A stretch of DNA of 64,000 nt. Source: Clostridium sp. CAG:571 (GTDB lineage: Bacteria; Bacillota; Clostridia; TANB77; CAG-508). The notes beneath the pieces were generated by a model. The model made no database searches. It worked only from the letters and a program-made list of their open reading frames with translations, and was not told the DNA's origin. This document shows, piece after piece, positions 32,063-44,604 of the stretch. Position 1 is the first letter of the stretch. Each line of letters starts with the position of its first letter. The translations under genes were made by a program, and so were the position numbers. The stretch is taken from contig HF999505.1 of NCBI GenBank assembly GCA_000434015.1, positions 31,585 through 95,584 of the forward strand, in the 5' to 3' direction.

Positions 32063-34435
32063 ATGATATTAAGTAGAAATTTTGTTAAAGATTATATAGA
32101 CTTAGATGATGATTTAAGTATAAAAAAAATTGGTGAAGATATGACAACTGCTGGAAATGAATATGATGTTGCTCAAAAGTTTATCAATTGTACTAAATTA
32201 GTAATTGGTGAAATTATTGAATGCAATGAACATCCAGATTCAGATCATCTACATGTTTGTAAAGTTAATATAGGAAAAGAAGTATTACAAATTGTATGTG
32301 GTGCACCGAATGCAAGAAAAGGAATTAAGGTAATAGTTGCTATGCCAGGGGCAAAACTACCAGGAGGGGAAATAAAAGCAGGTACTATTCGTGGGCAAGA
32401 ATCAAATGGTATGATGTGCTCTATTGCAGAACTTGGAGTGGATAAAAAGTTTTTAAATGCTGAAGATATTGAAGGTATTGCAGAACTTGATAGTAGTGCT
32501 ATTCCAGGAGAAGACCCAATTAAATATTTGGGATGGGATGATGAAATAATAGATTTTGAATTAACACCAGATAGAGGAGATTTATTAAGTATTATAGGTA
32601 TGGCATATGAACTTGGTGCTATATATGACAAAAAAGTAAAAAAAATAGAATATAAATATAATGAATATGGTGAAGATATTAACAATCAAATTTCGTTAAG
32701 AGTTGATACAGATAATTGTACAATGTTTTTAGCTAAAAAGGTTGAAAATGTTAAAATTAAAGAAAGTCCAGCTTTTATAAAAAATAGATTAATGGCTTGT
32801 GGGATAAGACCAATTAATAATGTTGTTGATATAAGCAATTATGTTATGCTAGAACTTGGTCAACCTCTTCACTTTTATGATGCAGATAATTTAGGAAATA
32901 CTATTGTTGTAAGAATGGCAAATGAAAAGGAAAAATTAGTAACTCTTGATAACCAAGAAAGAATTTTAGATGAAAATGATATAGTTATTGCAACAAATGA
33001 AAAGGCTGTTGGACTTGCAGGAGTTATGGGAGGGCTTGATACAGAAGTTGTAAATGAAACAAAAAATGTAATTATAGAATCTGCTATTTTTGATGGTGTT
33101 AGAGTTAGAAAAACATCAAAGAAGATAGTAAGAAGCGAAGCAAGCAATAGATTTGAAAAAGGTTTAGATCCTAAAAAAACATATATGGCAATTGATAGAG
33201 CTTGTGAATTACTGGAAAAATATGCAGATGGAAATGTAAGAAATGGTATGTGTAAATATGACATAACTAATTCTGATGATAAGAAAATAAAAATTTCATA
33301 TAAAACAGTAAATGATGTATTAGGTTCTAAAATTTCTAATAAAGAAATTTTGGATGTATTTAGAAAATTAGGATTTTCATATGAAGCTGGAGATGAAGAG
33401 GTGGTAGTAAATGCGCCAAGTAGAAGACAAGATATATCAATAAAAGAAGATTTGATAGAAGAAGTAAGTAGAATTTATGGTGTTGATAATATAGAAGGAA
33501 CACTTCCAACTATGACAGAAAAACAAAATGATTATGATAATACTATAAGATCAATAAGAGATAAAATGATAGGACTTGGATTAAGTGATACTTTAGAATA
33601 TATTTTAATAAATGATAAAAATGTTCATAAATATACTACAGATGAATTCGAAGAATTAAGATTATTAGATCCTATAACTGAAGAAAGAAATACTTTAAGA
33701 TATAGTATTTTAGCATCACTATTTAGAACATATGAATATAATAAGGCTCATTATAATAAAGATATTTCAATATTTGAAATAGGAAAAGGTTTCTTTAAGA
33801 AAAATGAAAAATATGGTGAGAACTTAAAAATTGCAGCTTTAATGACAGGAAAGTATTATATAGGTATTGGAAATCAAGTTAATGTAGATTTTTATATAAT
33901 AAAAGGTGTTGTAGAGGAATTATTAGACTTTTTAGGATATGCAAATAGATATAGTTTTGTAATACCAAAAGAAATACCAAAAGAATTTCATAAAGGTCAA
34001 GTAGCAGAAATAAATGTAAATGCAGATCCTGTTGGAATTGTTGGAAAATTGCATCCATCAGAAACAAAGGATCCAGTATTTGTAATGGAAATTAATTTAG
34101 ATAAATTATTGGAAAAACGTGCTGGAAAAATGAAATACAAAGAAATTTCAATATATCCAAATGTAAAAAAAGATGTAGCTTTTGTAATGGATAAAAATAT
34201 TCAATCAAAAGAAATAGAGATGGTAATAAAGAAAGCAGGAGGTAAACTTTTAACAAATATTGAGGTGTTTGATGTATATACAGGAGAGAATGTTGGAGAA
34301 AATGAAAAATCAATTGCATATTCATTAACTTTTAATGATCCTAAAAAAACTTTAACAGAAGAAGAAGTTATGGAAAGTTTTAATAAAATAATAGAAAATG
34401 TTGAGAAAAAGTGTAAAGCAAAGCTTAGAAATTAA
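32063..34435 (+). CDS. pheT: phenylalanyl-tRNA synthetase beta subunit
   Basis: tRNA-binding domain (HPDSDHLHVCKV), B3/4, B5 and FDX-ACB domains. ATG 32063 lies behind ggaggaag. Confidence 0.95.
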   Translation: MILSRNFVKDYIDLDDDLSIKKIGEDMTTAGNEYDVAQKFINCTKLVIGEIIECNEHPDSDHLHVCKVNIGKEVLQIVCGAPNARKGIKVIVAMPGAKLPGGEIKAGTIRGQESNGMMCSIAELGVDKKFLNAEDIEGIAELDSSAIPGEDPIKYLGWDDEIIDFELTPDRGDLLSIIGMAYELGAIYDKKVKKIEYKYNEYGEDINNQISLRVDTDNCTMFLAKKVENVKIKESPAFIKNRLMACGIRPINNVVDISNYVMLELGQPLHFYDADNLGNTIVVRMANEKEKLVTLDNQERILDENDIVIATNEKAVGLAGVMGGLDTEVVNETKNVIIESAIFDGVRVRKTSKKIVRSEASNRFEKGLDPKKTYMAIDRACELLEKYADGNVRNGMCKYDITNSDDKKIKISYKTVNDVLGSKISNKEILDVFRKLGFSYEAGDEEVVVNAPSRRQDISIKEDLIEEVSRIYGVDNIEGTLPTMTEKQNDYDNTIRSIRDKMIGLGLSDTLEYILINDKNVHKYTTDEFEELRLLDPITEERNTLRYSILASLFRTYEYNKAHYNKDISIFEIGKGFFKKNEKYGENLKIAALMTGKYYIGIGNQVNVDFYIIKGVVEELLDFLGYANRYSFVIPKEIPKEFHKGQVAEINVNADPVGIVGKLHPSETKDPVFVMEINLDKLLEKRAGKMKYKEISIYPNVKKDVAFVMDKNIQSKEIEMVIKKAGGKLLTNIEVFDVYTGENVGENEKSIAYSLTFNDPKKTLTEEEVMESFNKIIENVEKKCKAKLRN

Positions 34436-34553
34436 TTTACTTAAGGAAAAATTTTAGTAAATTTTACAAAAATAAAACTTAAAAAATGTATTGAAAAAAG
34501 AAAAATGGTGTGCTAACATTATATATAGATGGAAACAAAAAGGAGGAGTAAAA

Positions 34554-34679
34554 ATGGAAAAAAAACATCATGATGCAGGACGAATATTTACAAAAGTAAT
34601 AGCTACAATATTAGCAATATTAATGATTTTTGCAGTAGCAACAACTTTAATATATTATGTAATAGCAAGTTTAGTTTAG
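34554..34679 (+). CDS. 41-aa small membrane protein (hypothetical)
   Basis: ATG 34554 lies behind aaaggaggag. Translation: MEKKHHDAGRIFTKVIATILAILMIFAVATTLIYYVIASLV. Confidence 0.45.
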   Translation: MEKKHHDAGRIFTKVIATILAILMIFAVATTLIYYVIASLV

Positions 34680-34695
34680 TAGGAGCTATATTTAT

Positions 34696-35641
34696 ATGAT
34701 AGAAAATTTGATAAATACAATTAGTCAATTTATACAAGTAAATGTAATAGCATATTTAAATGAATTATATCAATATCCAGTAAAATTAATATCTTTAATA
34801 TTAGATTTAACAATTGTTATTTATTTGGTATATAAATTTGGTAAATCAGTAAAAAGATCTAGAGTTGGACAATTGTTAAAAGGAATAGCTCTTTTTATAG
34901 TTGCTGTAGCAGTTAGTGATTTATTAAATTTAAGAATATTAAATTTTATATTAACTTCGATTATGACATATGGAGTAATAGCTTTAATAATTATATTCCA
35001 ACCTGAGCTTCGTAGAACATTAGAACAATTAGGAAGTAATAAATTTACTAGATTTTTTGGAATAGATAAAGATGTTATTACAAAAACCAAAGAAGATATA
35101 TATAAGATAGTAATTGCAGCTACAGAACTTTCTAAAACAAAAACAGGACGGTTTAATTGTAATAGAAAGAGAAATAAAAATAAAGGATATTATAGAAACA
35201 GGTGTTATTTTAAATGCAGAAGTATCACCACAGTTATTGGTAAATTTGTTTACTCCAAATACTCCTTTACACGATGGAGCAGTTATTATAAGTGAAAATA
35301 AAATTGTATCTGCAGCGTGTATTTTACCACTAGCTAGCAGTCAAGATATTGCAAAAGAACTTGGAACTAGACATAGAGCTGCAATAGGAATTTCAAAAGA
35401 ATCAGATGCAATTGCAATAGTAGTATCAGAAGAAACAGGAAAAATTTCAATTGCAAAAGATGGAACGTTAATTGCAGATTTAAGGGAAGATGCGCTTAAA
35501 AAAATTCTTATAAAAAATGTAGTTACAGATAGATTTAAAGATGATAAAAATTCTAAAAAAACAATTTTAAATATAAGAAATAAAATAAATAGAAAACTTA
35601 CTAACGAAGAGGAAAAAAAGAAAGATAAAAAAGAAAAATAA
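34696..35641 (+). CDS. cdaA: diadenylate cyclase CdaA (DisA_N domain), frame interrupted by extra C at 35149
   Basis: Pieces 34696..35295 and 35114..35641 join as ..ATELSKTKTG-GLIVIEREIKIKDIIETG..PLHDGAVII..GTRHRAAIGISKESDAIAIVVSEETG.. There are three N-terminal TM helices. Confidence 0.9.
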
Positions 35642-35882
35642 AGAATATAAATTTTATTAATTAAATATAAATAAACTATTATTGTTAAAAAATAACGATA
35701 ATAGTTTATTTTTTTATGGAAATGGTAAGAAAAATCTCTAAATAAAGTATGTGTTTTAACAGCTGAGGCATAAATAGGTGTATATAAAAAATTAATATAA
35801 TAAAACATTATTAATATTTATTTTTTTTTACAATTAAAAATAAATGCAAATGTGAAAACTATGTGAAAATTTTAAATAGATA

Positions 35883-35910
35883 TTGACTTTTTTTTAAAAT
35901 GGGTATAAAT
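35883..35910 (+). promoter_or_regulatory. sigma-A type promoter of groESL
   Basis: ttgact (35883-35888) and tataaa/ataaat (35904-35910), immediately upstream of CIRCE. Confidence 0.6.
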
Positions 35911-35912
35911 TG

Positions 35913-35939
35913 TTAGCAGTCTAAAAGAAAGACTGCTAA
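35913..35939 (+). promoter_or_regulatory. CIRCE operator (HrcA binding site)
   Basis: ttagcagtc-N9-gactgctaa, a perfect 9-bp inverted repeat matching the CIRCE consensus TTAGCACTC-N9-GAGTGCTAA. Confidence 0.9.
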
Positions 35940-36011
35940 TTTTCACGAATATTATTAAAACTTAAGAATATAATATAGTGTTCGTAAGCAAAAAAAGAGG
36001 AGGTAATGTAA

Positions 36012-36293
<282 letters not shown>

Positions 36294-36338
36294 TAAATTT
36301 AAAATATTAAAAAAATAAAATTATTAAGTTTATAATTA

Positions 36339-38007
<1,669 letters not shown>

Positions 38008-38027
38008 AAATGGATTTAATAATAAAA

Positions 38028-38064
38028 GAAGCGACTGCCTTTTGAGGGGCAATCGCTTTTTTGG
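38028..38064. terminator. bidirectional terminator after groEL
   Basis: agcgactgcc pairs with ggcaatcgct, followed by a T-run. Confidence 0.8.
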
Positions 38065-38094
38065 TGCATAAGACATCTTAAGTGGTTACTAAAG

Positions 38095-38331
38095 TTACCA
38101 AGTTACAAGAATAACTTTTTTGGTACCATTCAGATACTTAACTTCAGATGCTTCCGGAAACATCCGGACAAGTTCAGAAATCGTTGGGAGTTTGTTGAAA
38201 TTTACCAACATCAAAAACTTGCCAGTAGCATCCAAAGAAGAATCTGAGTCGAGTCTATTGCATCTTGTGCAGAGTTCATCGATGCCAATTGGCATTGGGC
38301 CAATAAACTCTACAAAGTGAAAGCTACTCAC
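38095..38331 (-). CDS. 78-aa hypothetical protein on a GC-richer islet
   Basis: GTG start behind a strong RBS aaggaggtg. A TTGACA-17-TATTAT promoter lies at about 38376-38407 (minus strand). No family recognised. Confidence 0.5.
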   Translation of the reverse strand: MSSFHFVEFIGPMPIGIDELCTRCNRLDSDSSLDATGKFLMLVNFNKLPTISELVRMFPEASEVKYLNGTKKVILVTW

Positions 38332-38601
38332 TTTGCTTTCACCTCCTTAAAAAAAATAGAGAAAAATCTCTTATCATAATAATAGCATGTTATAACAAAG
38401 ATGTCAAATTATGTAAAGAAAAAACATATATAAATAAGTGTTAGTAAATTCTTGATGTATAAATTTTATAGTAATAGAGGAGAGGCAAAGAAACAAAGAT
38501 GATAAGTGGTTAACAAAAAAATAAAATTATTTTCACAATATAGACATAAAACCAATTTATAATATATAATAGCAATAATTAAGATGGAGGAAAAAATTCA
38601 T

Positions 38602-39279
38602 ATGAATGATATAACAGTTTTAGTAGTAGATGATGAATCTAGAATGAGAAAATTGATTAGAGATTTTTTAGCCCAAAAAGGTTATTCAATTCTAGAAGCA
38701 CAAGATGGTGAAGAAGCTTTAAAAGTATTTGAAGAAAATAAAAATAAAATAGGTATTATTTTGTTAGATGTAATGATGCCAAAATTAGATGGATGGTCTG
38801 TTTTAAGACAAATAAGACAAACATCTAATGTTCCAATAATTATGCTAACAGCAAGAGGAGAAGAACAAGATGAACTATTTGGATTTGAACTAGGAGTTGA
38901 CGAATATATTTCAAAGCCTTTTAGCCCCAAAATTTTAGTGGCGAGAGTAGAAGCAATTATAAAAAGGAGCAAAGCGATAGAAAAACATGTAAAAGACTAT
39001 GGTGGGATTGAAATTGATGCAGATGGTAGAACTGTTAAAGTAGATGGAAAACAAATAGAATTAAGTTTAAGAGAATATGAATTATTAAAATATTTAATAG
39101 ATAATTCTAATATAGCCTTATCAAGAGATAAAATATTAAACAATGTATGGAATTATGATTATTATGGAGATTCTAGAACAATAGATAGCCACATAAAGAA
39201 GATAAGACATAAACTTGGAAAAAAAGGAAAATATATACAAACAATGAGAGGAGTAGGCTATAAATTTGAAATAAAATAA
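38602..39279 (+). CDS. OmpR-family response regulator
   Basis: Receiver domain (VLVVDDE..LLDVMMPKLDG..KPF) plus a winged-helix Trans_reg_C domain (LSLREYELLKYL..RTIDSHIKKIRHKL..TMRGVGYKF). Confidence 0.9.
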   Translation: MNDITVLVVDDESRMRKLIRDFLAQKGYSILEAQDGEEALKVFEENKNKIGIILLDVMMPKLDGWSVLRQIRQTSNVPIIMLTARGEEQDELFGFELGVDEYISKPFSPKILVARVEAIIKRSKAIEKHVKDYGGIEIDADGRTVKVDGKQIELSLREYELLKYLIDNSNIALSRDKILNNVWNYDYYGDSRTIDSHIKKIRHKLGKKGKYIQTMRGVGYKFEIK

Positions 39280-39294
39280 TAGCCATATAGAAAA

Positions 39295-40798
39295 ATGAAA
39301 AAGCTAAGAGAAAGATTTAAATCTGTTAGAATTAGACTATTTTTAACTTTATGTGCAGTAATAATTGTAATAATATTGTTTTTAATATTAATAAATAATA
39401 TTGTTTTGGAAACATTTTATTTACATTCTAAGACCAATACTATAAAAGGATTATATACAAAAATAAATAATTATTATAATAGTCAGGATGCAAACATAGA
39501 TATAGAAGAAGAGCTTAAAAATATATCTATAAAAAATAACATTGATATTTTAATAAAAAAAGAAGACGATATAATAGTAGTTACAACAGATAAAGACTTT
39601 TTAGGTTCAATAGGAAAGATTAGTATTTCGAAAATGATTAACAATAAAAATATAATTGGTGATGTAGTTTATGCAAAAGATAAAATGCTAATAAAAAAAG
39701 TAGAAGATGAAAGAACTAAAATAAATTATGTAGTTTTATTTGCAACACTTGATAATGGATATAATTTATATATAAGAATTCCAATTTCTGCAATTCAAGA
39801 AAGTGTTAGAATATCAAATAATTTACTAATATTTATTGGAGGAATTGTGATATGTATTTCTGGAATAATAGCATCGTTTATTTCTAAAAAATTTACAGAA
39901 CCTATATTAGAACTAAACAACATAGCAAACAAAATGGCAAAATTAGACTTTAGCCAAAAATATAGAATAAAAGACACTGAAGATGAAATTAATGATTTAG
40001 GAAAAAGTATAAATACAATGTCAGATAAACTTGAAAGAACAATAAAACAGTTAAGAGGAACAAATATAGAATTAGAAAAAGATATAGAAGAAAAATCAAA
40101 AATTGACGAAATGAGAAAACAGTTTATATCTGATGTATCACATGAATTAAAAACCCCAATAGCTTTAATACAAGGATATGCAGAAGGTTTAGTAGAAAAT
40201 GTGAATACAGATGACGAATCTAGAAAGTTTTATGCAGAAGTCATACTAGATGAATCTAATAAGATGGATATATTAGTAAAACAATTGTTAGAATTAATGA
40301 AATTAGAGTATGGAAAAAGAGAATTTAACAACAAAAAATTCAATATAACAGAACTTATAACAGAAGTTATAAGAAGATGTAATGTTATGATTCAAGAAAA
40401 TAATATCCAAATAAAATATGACAATAGTAAAGAACTTTGTGTATATGCAGATGATTTTTATATAGAGCAAGTTATAACTAACTATTTAACAAATGCAATT
40501 AAACATGCAAAAGAGATAAATGGAGTAAAAAAGATAACAATAAATACAGAAGTAAAGGAAAATAAAGTAAGAGTTAGTGTGTATAATACAGGTGACAATA
40601 TAAGTCAGGAAGATTTAGATAGAATTTGGGGAAGGTTTTATAAAGTAGACAGTTCTAGAAATAGAAATAGTGGAGGAACACGGAATAGGTCTTGCGCTAG
40701 TTAAAGCAATTATGAGTAATTATAAAAATAATTATGGTGTAGAAAATAAATTAGATGGAGTAGAGTTCTTTTTTGAAATGGATTTATGTGATAAATAA
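39295..40798 (+). CDS. sensor histidine kinase (HAMP-HisKA-HATPase_c), frame interrupted by extra C at 40681
   Basis: H-box FISDVSHELKTPIA and N-box NYLTNAIKH. Skipping C40681 restores the G2 box: ..SRNRNSGGT-GIGLALVKAIMSNYKNNYGVENKLDGVEFFFEMDLCDK. Confidence 0.85.
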
Positions 40799-41040
40799 AA
40801 ATAAAATAGGTTTAGCAAAATATGATTAGTTGCTAAATCTATTTTTTTGTCTTCTTTTGTCGATGAAAAAAACTTTACAAATGTGTAAAGATAGTGTATT
40901 CTTAATACAGATTTATTAAAAATTGCAATTTTATCTATAAATTAAATTTAAAAACTAAAATTTTTGTATCAAAGAAATAAATTATTTCTAAAAAATCCCA
41001 AAATGAAAATAAATTAAATATAAGTAGGTGAGATATATGA

Positions 41041-41202
41041 ATGATAAATTTTAATAAAAGAAATATAACTATATTAACATTTTTAATAACAAGTATATTA
41101 TTTTCTGTAATTAATATTTTTTTAATACACTGTAATCTTAATAAAAATTTTAAAGGTCAAAATATTTATATTCTTAATGAAAATTTAAATCAAATACAAT
41201 AA
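41041..41202 (+). CDS. 53-aa hypothetical small membrane protein
   Basis: ATG behind taggtgag. Translation starts MINFNKRNITILTFLITSILFSVINIFLIHCN. Weak, AT-rich. Confidence 0.25.
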   Translation: MINFNKRNITILTFLITSILFSVINIFLIHCNLNKNFKGQNIYILNENLNQIQ

Positions 41203-41240
41203 TTCCCCAATTTAAATAAAAAAAATAAAAAGGAGTGAAA

Positions 41241-41783
41241 ATGAAAAAAATATTTATAGTATCTAGTTTTGTTTTACTATTTGCTGCAGGTATATTTATG
41301 TATTATTTAAAAAATTATGATAATAAACTTGTAGATGCAAATGTAGTAACAACAGATTCTAATTATGAAAATATTACATATGAAAAAGAAGAAAAATTAG
41401 AAAATGATTTGATAGGAATTTTAAAAATTGAAAAAATAGGATTAAAAGCAACTGTAAAAGAAGGAAGCAATAGCAAGATTTTAAAAGATTATATAGGACA
41501 TATAGAAGGAACATCTTTATATGATGGAAATATATGTTTAGCAGCTCATAATAGAGGTAATAAATATTCATATTTTGCTAGATTAAATGAACTAAAAAAT
41601 GGTGATATTGTAAAATATACGACTAATTTTTATACAAGAGAGTATAAAATAAATAGTATTAAGACAATTTTTGAGACAGATTTAACAATACTAGAAAATA
41701 CAAATGAAAATAAAATTACGATGATAACATGTATAAAAAATAAAAGAAATCAAAGATTGTGTGTACAAGCAGTACAGATATAA
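41241..41783 (+). CDS. sortase family transpeptidase
   Basis: N-terminal TM, LAAHN (catalytic His region), ITMITC (TLxTC Cys motif) and a downstream Arg (NQRL). Confidence 0.8.
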   Translation: MKKIFIVSSFVLLFAAGIFMYYLKNYDNKLVDANVVTTDSNYENITYEKEEKLENDLIGILKIEKIGLKATVKEGSNSKILKDYIGHIEGTSLYDGNICLAAHNRGNKYSYFARLNELKNGDIVKYTTNFYTREYKINSIKTIFETDLTILENTNENKITMITCIKNKRNQRLCVQAVQI

Positions 41784-41796
41784 ACAAGGAGGTTTT

Positions 41797-44445
41797 ATGA
41801 AAAAACAAATAAAGAATTTAATAATAATAACTTTTATATTGATATTAATTTTTCAAATACAAGGCATAAAAGTATTTGCAATGGGAATTGGTGATTCTAC
41901 ATATTTAGAAAAAGGAAACTTAGGATTTTATACTATACAATATTGTAGTAAAACAAGTAAAAACTGGTATTATATAACATATAGTAGAACATGGTATAAA
42001 GATGAAAATGGAGTAAGGAGAATTGCTTATTGTGTTGATCCAGATTTAAGTGGAATAGGATGGATAGATGGAGAAGTTAGTGGATACAATATAAATATAA
42101 GTAAAGTGCTAGAAGACCAAAGATTATGGAGAGTATATAGAAATGGGTATCCATATGTAACTCCAAAAGATCTAGGAGTTGAAACAGAAGATGATGCATA
42201 TTTGGCTACAAAGCAAGCGGCATATTGGATAATAAGAGGTTATAAGTTAGAAGATATAAATACATATTTTAGACCAGGAGATACGCCTATTAATGGTCAA
42301 AAATTAGAAGATATACAAAGAAGAGGAAAAAAGGTAATTGATGCAATTTATAGATTAGTTAACTTAGGCTATAATGGAACACAAACATCAAAATATAATA
42401 ATATTGTAAAAATAAATAAAATTGGAGAATTTAAACTAGATGAAAATAAAGAATATTATTCACAAAAATATAATGTTATTTCATCTACAGAAATGTCTGG
42501 TTATGATGTTAAAAATACATTTGGTTTCCCTGAAGGGTCATACATAGCAAATTTAGAAGGAAATAAACAAAAAAGTTTTAAAAAAGGAGAAGACTTTAAA
42601 ATAATGATTCCTAAAAAAGCTATAATTAATAACATAGATGGGAAAATTGAGGTGCAAAGTAAATGTCAAAATTATCCTGTATATTATGGAGAAGCGGAAG
42701 ATAAGAAAAAACAAAATTATGCAATAATGGTAGATTCATATTCAGATATAGTAGAAAGTACAAACTTACATATAAATGCATACAAATCTAAAATTAAATT
42801 AATAAAAGTAGATAAGGATACAAAAGAAAAATTATCAAGAGTAAAATTTGAACTTAAGTATGATGATGGTACTAAAATAGGAGAATATATTACAGATGAA
42901 AATGGGGAAATAAATATAGAAAACTTAAGACAAGGAACAATCATTGCAACAGAACTAGAAAGTAGGGATGAATATGTAATAAATAAAGAATCTACATATG
43001 TAAAACTAGAATACAAAGATAGTGTAAAAATAGAATTAGAAAATGAGCATAAAAAAGGAAATTTAACAATATACAAAGTAGATAAAGATAATAACAAGAT
43101 TGCAATAGAGGGAACTTTATTTAGTTTGTATTCAAAAGAACTAAATAAAGTTATAGGAAGATATAAAACTGACAAAGATGGAAAAATAACAATTAATAAT
43201 ATACGAACAGGAGAATATTCTCTAATAGAAGAAAAAACAAATAAATGGTATAATTTAGCAAAAGATAAAAATTTAGAAGTAAAATGGAACGATACTACAG
43301 TAGTTACAGTAGAAAATGAGCTTAAAAAATCTCGAATAAAAGTCATAAAAGAAGATAAAGAAGACAATAAAATTAAATTAAAAAATGTAAAATTTCAAGT
43401 ATTAGATAAAAACAATAATATATTAGAAACTATTATAACAGATGAAAATGGAGAAGCAGTAACTTCGAAATATGCATTAAAAGATTATAATGAATTATAT
43501 TTAAAAGAAATAAAAACAAATGAAAAATATGTACTAGATGATAAAATTTACAAAGTGAGTCTAAAAGAAAATCAAACTGTAAATGTAGTTATTCAAAATA
43601 AAAAGATAAAAGGACAAATAAAAATTATAAAAACTACTAAAAATAATAATAAAATAACTAACCAAAATGCAGGAGATCCAATTGAAGGCGTGAAATTTGG
43701 AATATATGATGAAAATAAGAATTTAATAGAAATAGTAACTACAGATAAAAAAGGTGAAGCAATTACAGGAATGTTAGATAAAGGAAAAAAATATGTTAAG
43801 GAGTTAGAAGCAGCGAAATTTTATGTATTAGACGAAAAGGAGTATAGTATTGAAATAAAAAGTGATGGACAAATAAGTAGTTTGAATTTAGAAAATATTC
43901 CAGAAAATCCAGAAGTGAGTATAGAAAAAACAGGAAGCAGTAAGGTAAAACAAGGTCAAGAAATACTTTATAATTTTAATGTAAAAAATGTAGGAAATGT
44001 TATGTTAGATAATTTTACATGGATTGATTATTTACCTAAAGAAAATGTAAAAATTAGTAAACTAGCAACTGGAACATATACTCAAGATTTAAATTATAAT
44101 GTATATTATAAGACTAATAAAAGTGATTATAAATTATTAAAAGAAAATTTAAATACACAGATAAATAATTATATAGATTTTTCTCAAATTATTTTAAAGG
44201 AAAATGAAAGAATTACAGAAATAAAAGTAGACTTTGGAAAAGTAAACGTAGATTTTAAATCAAAGATTAGTCCACATATGATAGTAAAAACAGATTCTGA
44301 TATAAAAGATAAAAGCATAGTTGCAAATACTGCAGAAGTCTTTGCAGAATATAAAGGATATAAGTTACATAACAAAGATGAACATAAAACAGAAATCTAT
44401 ATGCAAGAACTAAACTTAAAAAAATTACCAAGAACAGGTAAGTAG
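41797..44445 (+). CDS. cell-surface adhesin: putative thioester domain + 4 SpaA/Cna-B-type repeats + DUF11-like domain, ending in LPRTGK
   Basis: Signal peptide; AYCVDP (Cys) and TKQAAYW (Gln) resemble thioester-domain motifs. There are four repeats of the xIKVDKD..G..F.L....G...TDENG....L..G.Y...E type. The C-terminus is LKKLPRTGK followed by a stop. Confidence 0.75.
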   Translation: MKKQIKNLIIITFILILIFQIQGIKVFAMGIGDSTYLEKGNLGFYTIQYCSKTSKNWYYITYSRTWYKDENGVRRIAYCVDPDLSGIGWIDGEVSGYNINISKVLEDQRLWRVYRNGYPYVTPKDLGVETEDDAYLATKQAAYWIIRGYKLEDINTYFRPGDTPINGQKLEDIQRRGKKVIDAIYRLVNLGYNGTQTSKYNNIVKINKIGEFKLDENKEYYSQKYNVISSTEMSGYDVKNTFGFPEGSYIANLEGNKQKSFKKGEDFKIMIPKKAIINNIDGKIEVQSKCQNYPVYYGEAEDKKKQNYAIMVDSYSDIVESTNLHINAYKSKIKLIKVDKDTKEKLSRVKFELKYDDGTKIGEYITDENGEINIENLRQGTIIATELESRDEYVINKESTYVKLEYKDSVKIELENEHKKGNLTIYKVDKDNNKIAIEGTLFSLYSKELNKVIGRYKTDKDGKITINNIRTGEYSLIEEKTNKWYNLAKDKNLEVKWNDTTVVTVENELKKSRIKVIKEDKEDNKIKLKNVKFQVLDKNNNILETIITDENGEAVTSKYALKDYNELYLKEIKTNEKYVLDDKIYKVSLKENQTVNVVIQNKKIKGQIKIIKTTKNNNKITNQNAGDPIEGVKFGIYDENKNLIEIVTTDKKGEAITGMLDKGKKYVKELEAAKFYVLDEKEYSIEIKSDGQISSLNLENIPENPEVSIEKTGSSKVKQGQEILYNFNVKNVGNVMLDNFTWIDYLPKENVKISKLATGTYTQDLNYNVYYKTNKSDYKLLKENLNTQINNYIDFSQIILKENERITEIKVDFGKVNVDFKSKISPHMIVKTDSDIKDKSIVANTAEVFAEYKGYKLHNKDEHKTEIYMQELNLKKLPRTGK

Positions 44446-44525
44446 TAAAAATATAAGACTTGAAAATGTAATTATAATCAATGGTTTTATAATATCAAAA
44501 ATAGTAAAATCTTCCAAAACTTGCA

Positions 44526-44554
44526 TTGACATAATTCTAATAGCAAGATATAAT
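44526..44554 (+). promoter_or_regulatory. consensus sigma-A promoter (TTGACA-17-TATAAT)
   Basis: ttgaca at 44526-44531 and tataat at 44549-44554, with 17-nt spacing, upstream of the 44605 gene. Confidence 0.7.
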
Positions 44555-44604
44555 AAACTTCGATAAATATTGATTAAATTATAAAACAAAGGAAGGAAGA
44601 TTTT

